Origin: an uncultured Eubacteriales bacterium
Lineage (GTDB): Bacteria; Bacillota; Clostridia; Oscillospirales; CAG-272
Assembly: GCA_934371135.1 (NCBI GenBank)
Contig: CAKRNO010000006.1
Coordinates: 7,751-71,750 of the forward strand
Direction of reading: 5' to 3'
Length of the DNA stretch: 64,000 bases
A model generated the notes under the pieces. That model saw only the letters and a program-made list of their open reading frames with translations, had not been told where the DNA came from and searched no databases. Shown piece after piece: positions 51,601 to 59,610 of this stretch. Both the position numbers and the translations under genes were made by a program. The stretch's first letter is position 1; the number at the start of each line of letters is the position of its first letter.

Positions 51601-51773
51601 CCGTCCTCAGCCTGCGCGTGCGCGTGGAGCGCGCCCGCCCGACACCGCCCCCGATGCCGAAACCGGCAGGGGAGAGCGGCGGTACCCGCCGCGTCACGAA
51701 AAAGGTCGGCCCCAACGAGAAATGCCCCTGCGGCAGCGGTAAAAAGTACAAATACTGCTGCGGGATGAAGTAA
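48648..51773 (+). CDS. secA: Preprotein translocase ATPase SecA (1041 aa, enlarged preprotein-crosslinking domain)
   Basis: [20 protein letters not shown] (Walker A), [29 protein letters not shown] and the C-terminal zinc motif [14 protein letters not shown]. Confidence 0.95.
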   Translation: [1041 protein letters not shown]

Positions 51774-52489
51774 TGGGCTTCGGCTGGCTTCTGATCGGGG
51801 AGCTGCTCCTGTTCCCGATCACGGTCGGATTTTTCTATACGGTGCCGGTCGCGGCGGTGTTCCTGTGCCTTGCGGGGTACAGGCTCGCCCGCGTCAACCG
51901 TCCGTTCGGAGTGAGTTTTTACCTTTCGCTGCTCTCGGGGGTGCTTTCCGTCCCCGCCATTGTCCTGCGGGTGGTCCCCACGACCGGGGGCATCGCCCAT
52001 TATGCCGAGGCGGCGGTGCTCCTGTGCATCTGCGCCTGGCATCTCGCCGCCCTGACCGGTATGGCGTGGGTGACCAAGGAGACGGGGCTCGTCAAACTGC
52101 ACGCGGCGGCGTATCGCAACCGTGTTTTCTGCTGTATCTATTTTGCGCTTGCCGTATTCCTGACCTCGGCAGACGGACTGCCCGTTTCAGAGGAGGCGAG
52201 GCGCTTCCTCACCGGTGCGAACTATGCCGTGGTCGCCGTCGGGTTCGCAGTGCTCGTGCTCAATGCCTGCCTCATGTTCCGCGCCTATGCGAACATCTGT
52301 ATGCCCGAGGACCTTGAGATGCCGCGCCGCGCGTCGCGCTTCCGCTTTGTCAACGAGGCGCGTGAAAAGGCGGATGCCCGCGAGGCTGCCGCCCGTGAGC
52401 TGTCGCTCAAAAAGCAGGCGGAATACCGCGAGCGCAGGCGCGCCGAATGGGCGGCGAAACAGGAGAAGAAGAAAGGCGGGAAAAAATGA
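51773..52489 (+). CDS. Hypothetical multi-pass membrane protein with a Lys/Arg/Glu-rich cytoplasmic tail
   Basis: Start overlaps the secA stop. About 6 hydrophobic helices. Tail REKADAREAAARELSLKKQAEYRERRRAEWAAKQEKKKGGKK. Confidence 0.6.
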   Translation: MGFGWLLIGELLLFPITVGFFYTVPVAAVFLCLAGYRLARVNRPFGVSFYLSLLSGVLSVPAIVLRVVPTTGGIAHYAEAAVLLCICAWHLAALTGMAWVTKETGLVKLHAAAYRNRVFCCIYFALAVFLTSADGLPVSEEARRFLTGANYAVVAVGFAVLVLNACLMFRAYANICMPEDLEMPRRASRFRFVNEAREKADAREAAARELSLKKQAEYRERRRAEWAAKQEKKKGGKK

Positions 52490-53877
52490 AACGAGGCTTT
52501 GCTTTCTGCACGGCTGCCGTCATTGCCGCCGCGGTCATGCTCTGTAACCCGTCGCCGATGTATTTTGATATACTCCCCGACGTGTTCGGTTTTCTGCTCC
52601 TGTATTTTGCCCTCCGTCGCCTTGCCGAGCTGGTACCCGCATTCGCCGATGCGCGTGATGCGGGGAACAAGCTGCTGCTCATCACCGCGCTGAAGATCCC
52701 TGCCTGGGTCGCGATGATGACGGTGTGGGGGGGCGACGCCCGTCAGCGGTCGCTCATCGCCGTCGTGTGCTTCGCGTCCGCCATCCTGGAGATCTGTCAC
52801 CTGATCCCCTGGATCCACCGGCTGTTCGAGGCATTTTATCGGCTCGGGGAACAGTATGACTGCACGTCTGCCATCACGGTCTCGGGGCGGCGTTTCCGCA
52901 TGGCGCCCGAGAAGCTGGAGACTTTGACCGTTGCCTTTTTCTCGGTCCGCGCGGCGCTGTCCTGCCTGCCGGAGATGGCACTGGTGCCGGTCTACGACAG
53001 CGCGGAGAAATATACCCTGAACTGGAACCGTCTGTATGTGCCGCTCGCCACTGTTGCCGCGGTCATTGTCCTGGTCTTCGGGCTTGTCTGGCTGTGCTAT
53101 TTTGCCGCTTATGTCCGCCGCGTCGGGCGGGAAGTGGCAGGCTGTGAGGCGCTCGCCGCCCTGGATGCAGTGACGCCCTGCCGTTACCGTGAGCCGCCGG
53201 CGCGGCTCCGCATGGCGTCCTTTCTGTATCTTGCCGGTGTGCTCCTCTCGGCGGATTTTTACATTGACGGGATCAATTATCTGCCCGATATCCTTTCGGC
53301 GCTCGCCTTTGCAGCGTGCGGCTGGTACCTTTTCCGGATCCGCGGTCGCTGTCGCTTGACGTGGGTCCTGCCGCTCGTTTACGGTGCGGCGACGCTCGTA
53401 CATACCGCCCTGTGGACGCGCTTTTTCAGGACGTATTCCATCGGCGCGGCGGAGCGTCTCACGGATGCCGCGCGGGACTATCGCGTCATCCTCGGCGTGG
53501 CGTCGGTGTGCGAGGCGCTCTCTGTCGCGACGGCGGTCGTGCTGTTCGCGGCGCTCCTCGACGTGGTGCGCCGCTTTGTGGGGAACCCCGGCGCCGGCGG
53601 GCATCTCCTGCGCGCCGACCTCTCCTCGCGCCGCGCCCTGACGCGCAGCCTTTCGGTGAGCCTCGCTTTCGCGTGCCTGTGCGCGGGGCTGTCCCTGTTC
53701 TATGAGTTTTCGCTTTCCGAGACCGTGGATATCGCGACGGACCATTCGTATATCTCCGTCCCGCGGTTCGAGTGGTCGCTGTTCGCTCTGTGGGTGGCGA
53801 CGGCGGCGTGGCTGATTGCCTCTCTGCACTTTTTCAATCGTCTGAAAGAGGAGATTGGCGACCCGGAGGACGCGTGA
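52486..53877 (+). CDS. Hypothetical multi-pass membrane protein (463 aa)
   Basis: ATGA overlap with the upstream gene. About 10-12 hydrophobic helices. N-terminal block FDILPDVFGFLLLYFALRRLA loosely echoes the upstream protein. Confidence 0.65.
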   Translation: MKRGFAFCTAAVIAAAVMLCNPSPMYFDILPDVFGFLLLYFALRRLAELVPAFADARDAGNKLLLITALKIPAWVAMMTVWGGDARQRSLIAVVCFASAILEICHLIPWIHRLFEAFYRLGEQYDCTSAITVSGRRFRMAPEKLETLTVAFFSVRAALSCLPEMALVPVYDSAEKYTLNWNRLYVPLATVAAVIVLVFGLVWLCYFAAYVRRVGREVAGCEALAALDAVTPCRYREPPARLRMASFLYLAGVLLSADFYIDGINYLPDILSALAFAACGWYLFRIRGRCRLTWVLPLVYGAATLVHTALWTRFFRTYSIGAAERLTDAARDYRVILGVASVCEALSVATAVVLFAALLDVVRRFVGNPGAGGHLLRADLSSRRALTRSLSVSLAFACLCAGLSLFYEFSLSETVDIATDHSYISVPRFEWSLFALWVATAAWLIASLHFFNRLKEEIGDPEDA

Positions 53878-53893
53878 TTGACGCCGGTGCCAT

Positions 53894-53932
53894 AAACAGT
53901 GCGGAGCCGATAAAATCGGCTCCGCACTGTTT
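53894..53932. terminator. Bidirectional terminator between convergent genes
   Basis: Perfect 18-bp stem AAACAGTGCGGAGCCGAT-AAA-ATCGGCTCCGCACTGTTT with A/T runs on both sides. Confidence 0.7.
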
Positions 53933-53943
53933 TATGTGATGGT

Positions 53944-55398
53944 TCAGCGGAGGGCACTGTCAAGCAACGGGGTTGCCGCGAGCTCCGCCCGCCGCGCCAT
54001 GGTCTCATCGTAATCGTGCTCAATGAGGACGAGCGCTACGGTGGTGAAGAAGGTGGGGTAAAAATTGAACATCGGATTGTCGAACATACCGACCCCGACG
54101 ATTGCCGCCACCATGAGACCCAGGCAGAAACGTCTGCCGTTTGTGCGTCGGAGGATGAGCTGTATGGTGCGCGCGCGGTAGGCGAGGTAGGAGATACCGC
54201 CGAAAGCGCCGGAAACACAGAACAGCTCGATGACGGTGTTGTGGAGCATACCGGGCATGGCACTGCCCGCCCATGAATTGAAAAGCCCGTAGTAGGCTAC
54301 GGCATTGAAGCCGCCGCCGAAGATCGGGTACCGGCGGAAGATGTCGATGCCGCCGCGCCAGAGGGTAAAGCGCCCCTCGTCCGAAAATCCGAGATTGAAC
54401 AGGAACGAAAACGTCTCGATGATCTGCGTCCGCAGAGCAATCAGTGTGACAGCACCGGTCGCGAGGGATACGCCGAGCAGGAGGCGGAACAGATTGCGGT
54501 TGGTGCCGTAGAAGCAGCCGGTGATGAACCCGGCGAGGAAAATGACGGCGCCGACCAGGAGCGCGGCGCGGCACATGGAGAGGACGGTGGCGGCAAAGGC
54601 GGCGACAATGAGCAGGAACTGGATCCAGCCGTTTTTCCGCGTATAAGCCAGGTAAAAGAGAGCGGGGAGCAGGATGGTCATGGCGGCGCCGTAATTGTTG
54701 TTGATGCCCCAGCCGAGGAAGATGCGTCCCTCCACGATGATGCCGTTCACGAGGACGTCACGCGTGATGTACACATAGAAAAGCTCAAGGATGAGCAGGA
54801 TTGCCGTCCACTGACAGGACACCGCGAAATAACGTACGGTCTCCTCTCCCGGGGAGAGCCCGAAGCGGAAGACGAGGTAGAGGAAAAACCAGACGAAAAT
54901 AAGGGCGACGGAATAGGTGATGTTGATGGGTGCATACCCCTCCGCAAAGATACCGTTGCAGAGCAGAGCAACGGCGAGAGGGAGGATGAACCACGTCAGG
55001 CGCGTTTTCTTCCGGAACATGGCGGTGAAACCGCCCCAGATGACGTAGTGCAGCACCAGCGCCGTCAGCAGGACGAGGATGAGGATGGCAAAGGAGACGA
55101 GCACCGGCGTCTGAAAATAGTAGTCGGAGTAGGTCGGCCGTTTCGGCGCGTGCTTGAGCGTGAGCGCAAAGGTGAACATGAAAAGCGGCGGCAACAGCGT
55201 TTTCAGATCCCGGAAAAGGATGAGCGTCACCGACGCGAAAGCAATGAGCACGGTGGCGAACAGCATCTCGTAGTCGGAGCAGTATGCCATGAAGACGATC
55301 AGACAGACGAGTGCCGGGTAAAACTCGCTCTCCGCGGCACGCTGTATGACACGCACGCCGGGGCTGTTTTCCAGATAGGTACGCAGTCGCTCTCGCAT
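53944..55398 (-). CDS. O-antigen ligase/polymerase-like (Wzy_C-type) membrane protein
   Basis: RBS AAAGGAGGAG before MRERLRTYLE. About 11-12 TM helices with a large loop segment. The track start at 55824 is an unsupported extension. Confidence 0.65.
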   Translation of the reverse strand: MRERLRTYLENSPGVRVIQRAAESEFYPALVCLIVFMAYCSDYEMLFATVLIAFASVTLILFRDLKTLLPPLFMFTFALTLKHAPKRPTYSDYYFQTPVLVSFAILILVLLTALVLHYVIWGGFTAMFRKKTRLTWFILPLAVALLCNGIFAEGYAPINITYSVALIFVWFFLYLVFRFGLSPGEETVRYFAVSCQWTAILLILELFYVYITRDVLVNGIIVEGRIFLGWGINNNYGAAMTILLPALFYLAYTRKNGWIQFLLIVAAFAATVLSMCRAALLVGAVIFLAGFITGCFYGTNRNLFRLLLGVSLATGAVTLIALRTQIIETFSFLFNLGFSDEGRFTLWRGGIDIFRRYPIFGGGFNAVAYYGLFNSWAGSAMPGMLHNTVIELFCVSGAFGGISYLAYRARTIQLILRRTNGRRFCLGLMVAAIVGVGMFDNPMFNFYPTFFTTVALVLIEHDYDETMARRAELAATPLLDSALR

Positions 55399-55679
55399 AT
55401 TGCTCCTCCTTTCACCGGTTATCCGGTCAGTCGCTCCCTTTATTATAAAGACTTGCGGCAGGAAAGTCAACCCGCAAAGCGGGCGCGCGTCGCGGACGCG
55501 CGCGATAGTATAAGGATAGCTTTTTGCGTGCGGGCGGCAGATACCCGCCATCACCGCCGATATAATGCAGATTTTCCCGCGCGGGCGCCGGCGCAGCGCC
55601 TGTACATCCCACACAGGGGCGTTGGGCAGAGTGAACAAAATATGAACACCTGCTTTTCCTTTTTTGGACGGTTTACCAG

Positions 55680-55709
55680 TTGCTTTTTTGTCGATGAGTG
55701 TTGTATAAT
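55680..55709 (+). promoter_or_regulatory. Predicted promoter of xpt
   Basis: TTGCTT, an 18-nt spacer, then TATAAT. This leaves a leader of about 175 nt. Confidence 0.4.
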
Positions 55710-55809
55710 GGTCACAGTTGATTCCTTCGTAGAAAAGGACGGTACCGCGTCGGCGCCCCGGTCGGGGAGGCAGGCGTGAATCGCAGGTCTTTTTTAAACG
55801 AAGCGGAAT

Positions 55810-55850
55810 GGCGGGAAAACGCATCTACGCTTTTCTGCCTTTTTTCTTTT
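55810..55850 (+). terminator. Intrinsic terminator inside the xpt leader (candidate attenuator)
   Basis: Stem GGCGGGAAAACG...CGCTTTTCTGCC (12 pairs including 2 G-U and 1 mismatch), followed by TTTTTTCTTTT. It lies 40 nt before the xpt start. Confidence 0.5.
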
Positions 55851-55889
55851 CAAAACCGCCTCGCCATAAAAAAGAAAGGAGACCGCCCC

Positions 55890-56465
55890 ATGAAAGCAAT
55901 GGAAGAAAAAATCCTTGCCGAAGGAACCGTTTTGCCCGGTAATATCCTGAAAGTGGGCAGTTTTCTGAATCAACAGCTTGACGTGCAATTTCTCCGCGAA
56001 GTCGGAGAGGAGATTGCACGCCTTTTTCGTGCTGACGGCGTGACGAAGGTCCTGACCCTGGAGGCTTCCGGCATCGCGATCGCGACCCTTGCGGCGCTCT
56101 CGCTGAACGTCCCGGCGGTCATTGTCAAAAAGCACGCATCTGCCAACCAGTCGAAAGACGTATATGAGGCGGAGATTGCTTCCTTTACACATAAGAACAC
56201 CTATGTCGCCGCCGTTGCGAAAGAGTATCTGCAGGCGTCCGACCGGGTTCTCATCGTCGATGACTTCCTCGCGTGCGGGAACGCGATCCGCGGTCTCATG
56301 CACATGGTGAATGAGGCGGGTGCGACGCTTGTCGGCTGTGCCATCGCAATCGAAAAGAAATTCCAGGGTGGCGGGGACGAGCTCCGCGCGGAGGGCATCC
56401 GCGTCGAGTCGCTCGCCATGGTGGACCACATGACAGACGATAGTCTGTCCTTCTGGCGGCCGTAA
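55890..56465 (+). CDS. xpt: Xanthine phosphoribosyltransferase
   Basis: MKAMEEKILAEGTVLPGNILKVGSFLNQQLD and the PRPP loop VLIVDDFLACGNA. RBS AAAGGAGA. Confidence 0.9.
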   Translation: MKAMEEKILAEGTVLPGNILKVGSFLNQQLDVQFLREVGEEIARLFRADGVTKVLTLEASGIAIATLAALSLNVPAVIVKKHASANQSKDVYEAEIASFTHKNTYVAAVAKEYLQASDRVLIVDDFLACGNAIRGLMHMVNEAGATLVGCAIAIEKKFQGGGDELRAEGIRVESLAMVDHMTDDSLSFWRP

Positions 56466-56556
56466 GAGACGCAATCGTTCTCGCGGCCTTTTCACTTGTT
56501 TACTTTGGGCGACCGCCCGGTAAAAATAACAATATCTTTTTTGGAGGAAAAAGACA

Positions 56557-57819
56557 ATGTTCAAGAAGATTCTTTCCCTGGTTCTCGTTGCCGTCATGTG
56601 CGTCGGCGCCTGCGCTGCTCTCGCTTCCTGCGGCGACAAGAAAGATGAAGGAATGGAGGACGTCCTCGAGACGGTTGAGCTCGGTGCGAAGTTCACGGTC
56701 CCCGCTGACTTCAAGATCGGCTTCATCTGCCTGCATGACGAAAACTCCACCTATGACCTCAACTTCATCAACGCTGCCAAGAAGGTGCAGGAGCACCTCG
56801 GCCTTAAGGACGAGCAGGTCATCATCATGACGAACGTTCCCGAGGAGGGCGACGACTGCTTCAACAAAGCTGAGGAGCTTGTCAACCGCGGCTGCAAGGT
56901 CGTTTTCGCCGATTCCTTCGGTCATGAGGCCAACATGGTCAAGGCTGCCAAGAAGTATCCGAACGTGCAGTTCTGCCACGCTACCGGTACGAAGGCACTG
57001 GTCGAGGAGAGCCTCTCCAACTTCCACAATGCTTTTGCCTCCATTTATGAGGGCCGTTACCTCGCCGGCGTTGCCGCTGGTCTGAAGCTCAACGAGATGA
57101 TCGAGGAGAAGAAGATCACCGCAGAGCAGGCTGTCATCGGTTATGTGGGTGCATTCCCCTATGCCGAGGTCGTTTCCGGCTACACCTCCTTCTTCCTCGG
57201 TGCGAGATCCGTTTGCCCCTCCGCCACGATGAAGGTCCGTTACACCACCTCCTGGTATGACTACGACGCCGAGATGGCTTCCGCCAAGACGCTGATCAAA
57301 GAAGGCTGCGTCCTCATTTCCCAGCACGCTGACTCCATGGGTGCTCCTACCGCCTGCGAGACCGCCGGTGTCCCCAACGTCTCCTACAACGGCAGCACCG
57401 TGAAGGATTGCCCCGATTCCTTCATCATCTCCTCTGCGATCAACTGGGCTCCTTACTACTACTACATCATCAAGAGCACTGTGGAAGGTACCGCCATCGA
57501 TAAGAACTGGACCGGCACCATCGCGACCGGCTCCGTGATCCTCTCCGGCCTCAACAACAAGGTTGCCGCCAAGGGGACTGCCGATGAGCTCCGCAAGGTT
57601 GCCGCAGAGCTGAAGGCCGGCACCCGCCACGTGTTTGACACCTCCAAGTTCACCGTTGACGGCAAGACCGTGACCACCTATCTCGCCGATGTCGTCGACA
57701 TGGGTGACTACGCGGGCGAGACCGAGGCGATCAAGGACGGTTACTTCAATGAATCCGCCTATCGCTCGGCACCGTACTTCGATCTCCGCATTGACGGGAT
57801 CACCGAAATCAATAAGTAA
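56557..57819 (+). CDS. BMP-family (PnrA-like) ABC transporter nucleoside-binding lipoprotein
   Basis: Lipobox ALASCGD, BMP-like core, RBS GGAGGAAAAAG. Confidence 0.85.
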   Translation: MFKKILSLVLVAVMCVGACAALASCGDKKDEGMEDVLETVELGAKFTVPADFKIGFICLHDENSTYDLNFINAAKKVQEHLGLKDEQVIIMTNVPEEGDDCFNKAEELVNRGCKVVFADSFGHEANMVKAAKKYPNVQFCHATGTKALVEESLSNFHNAFASIYEGRYLAGVAAGLKLNEMIEEKKITAEQAVIGYVGAFPYAEVVSGYTSFFLGARSVCPSATMKVRYTTSWYDYDAEMASAKTLIKEGCVLISQHADSMGAPTACETAGVPNVSYNGSTVKDCPDSFIISSAINWAPYYYYIIKSTVEGTAIDKNWTGTIATGSVILSGLNNKVAAKGTADELRKVAAELKAGTRHVFDTSKFTVDGKTVTTYLADVVDMGDYAGETEAIKDGYFNESAYRSAPYFDLRIDGITEINK

Positions 57820-57897
57820 TTCTGCAATCGGGTATAAGGCGGAGCGAAAGCCCCGCCTTCTATCCGTTTTTAGTGTAAAGTATCAGGAGGAAGCAGT

Positions 57898-59610
57898 GTG
57901 ACAACTACTACGGCACTGGAACTGCGTCATGTGACCAAGCGGTTCGGCAGCGTTGTGGCAAACCACGATGTGGATCTTGAGGTGCGGCACGGAGAAATCC
58001 TGGCAATCCTCGGAGAAAACGGCAGTGGCAAGACGACGCTGATGAACATGATCGCCGGCATCTACTACCCGGATGAGGGTGAAATGTATGTGGACGGCGA
58101 AAGGGTGGAGGTTCGTTCTCCGAAGGATGCCTTCCGGTACAGAATCGGCATGATTCATCAGCATTTCAAGCTGGTCGATGTGTTTACGGCGACGGAGAAC
58201 ATCGTTCTCGGTATCAAGGAAGAGAAGGGCACCCGCTTCAACCTGAAGCGCGAGGGAGAGGAAGTCTCCCGGATTGCCGAAAAATACGGCTTTGATATCC
58301 AGCCGGACCGCAAGATATATGACATGGCTGTTTCCGAAAAGCAGACGGTCGAGATCATCAAGGTGCTCTACCGCGGCGCCGACATTCTGATCCTGGACGA
58401 GCCTACCGCCGTCCTGACCCCGCAGGAGACCGCGAAGCTGTTTGCCGTCCTGCGCCGTATGCGCGATGACGGGAAGTCCATTATCATCATCACGCACAAG
58501 ATGCACGAGGTGCTCTCCATTTCCGACCGTGTGGCGGTGCTCCGCCGCGGTGAACACATCGCGACGGTGGAGACGAAGAGCACGAACGAAGCTGACCTGA
58601 CCGAGATGATGGTTGGTAAGAAGGTGACGCTCAACATTGAGCGGGGTGAGCCGAAGAACCCGGCGGACCGCCTGTGCATCGAGGGGCTCTGCCTGAAGAA
58701 CCAGGAGGGCACGCAGGTGCTGGACAATGTGTCCTTCACCGTGCGTTCGGGTGAGATCCTCGGGATCGCCGGTATCGCGGGCAGCGGTCAGCGCGAGCTC
58801 CTCGAGGCGATTGCCGGTCTCCAGCATCTGGAGGCGGGGAGCCTGATCTTCCACAACCCGAAAAAAGACCAGCCGGTCACATTCTTCCACAAGGATCTGC
58901 ACCGCGTGAAGCAGCTTGCCGCGGAGGGCGCCTTCCGTTATGAGGACGGAGAAACGGTGAGCTTCACCGGTATGACGGATAAGGAGATCCGCGCACTGGT
59001 AAACGAGGGGAAAGTGCTTTTCAAGGAAGATGAGGTCATCAACCTGAAAGACAAGACCCCGCTCCAGATCCGCGAGCTCGGCATCCGGCTGTCCTTCGTC
59101 CCGGAGGACCGCCTCGGCATGGGTCTCGTCGGGAATATGGACATCGTAGACAACATGATGCTCCGCAGCTACCGGAAAGGGAAGACCATGTTTGTCGACC
59201 GGGCGAAGCCGGGGGCACTCGCCGACCAGGTGATCCACGATCTCGAGGTCGTTACCCCGTCGGCACATACACCCGTCCGTCGGCTCTCCGGCGGTAACGT
59301 GCAGAAGGTCCTGGTCGGGCGCGAGATCGCCGCGGCGCCGAAGGTGCTGATGGCGGCATACCCCGTGCGCGGGCTGGACATCAACTCATCGTATATGATT
59401 TATAACCTGCTCAATCAGCAGAAAGAGCATGGGACGGCGGTTGTTTTCGTCGGGGAGGACCTGGACGTGCTGCTTGCCCTCTGCGACCGGATCATGGTCA
59501 TCGGCGGTGGCCGCGTGACCGGGGTCGTCGATGGCAGAACGGCGACCAAAGAGCAGGTCGGGCTCCTGATGACCAAGACGGAAGGAGGGGATACTCATGA
59601 AGAAAAATGA
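57898..59610 (+). CDS. ABC transporter ATP-binding protein with duplicated ATPase domains (nucleoside/simple-sugar type)
   Basis: GTG start after AGGAGGAAG. Walker A motifs GENGSGKTT and GIAGSGQRE, signature LSGGNVQK. About 60 extra residues in the second domain. Confidence 0.9.
   Translation: MTTTTALELRHVTKRFGSVVANHDVDLEVRHGEILAILGENGSGKTTLMNMIAGIYYPDEGEMYVDGERVEVRSPKDAFRYRIGMIHQHFKLVDVFTATENIVLGIKEEKGTRFNLKREGEEVSRIAEKYGFDIQPDRKIYDMAVSEKQTVEIIKVLYRGADILILDEPTAVLTPQETAKLFAVLRRMRDDGKSIIIITHKMHEVLSISDRVAVLRRGEHIATVETKSTNEADLTEMMVGKKVTLNIERGEPKNPADRLCIEGLCLKNQEGTQVLDNVSFTVRSGEILGIAGIAGSGQRELLEAIAGLQHLEAGSLIFHNPKKDQPVTFFHKDLHRVKQLAAEGAFRYEDGETVSFTGMTDKEIRALVNEGKVLFKEDEVINLKDKTPLQIRELGIRLSFVPEDRLGMGLVGNMDIVDNMMLRSYRKGKTMFVDRAKPGALADQVIHDLEVVTPSAHTPVRRLSGGNVQKVLVGREIAAAPKVLMAAYPVRGLDINSSYMIYNLLNQQKEHGTAVVFVGEDLDVLLALCDRIMVIGGGRVTGVVDGRTATKEQVGLLMTKTEGGDTHEEK

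Noticed and set aside
55700-55889. Canonical guanine/purine riboswitch upstream of xpt
   Set aside because: It is expected from knowledge of Firmicutes, but none of the conserved junction strings (GGAUAUGG, UUUCUACC, CCGUAAAU, GACUA) is present. Only a generic terminator could be supported.
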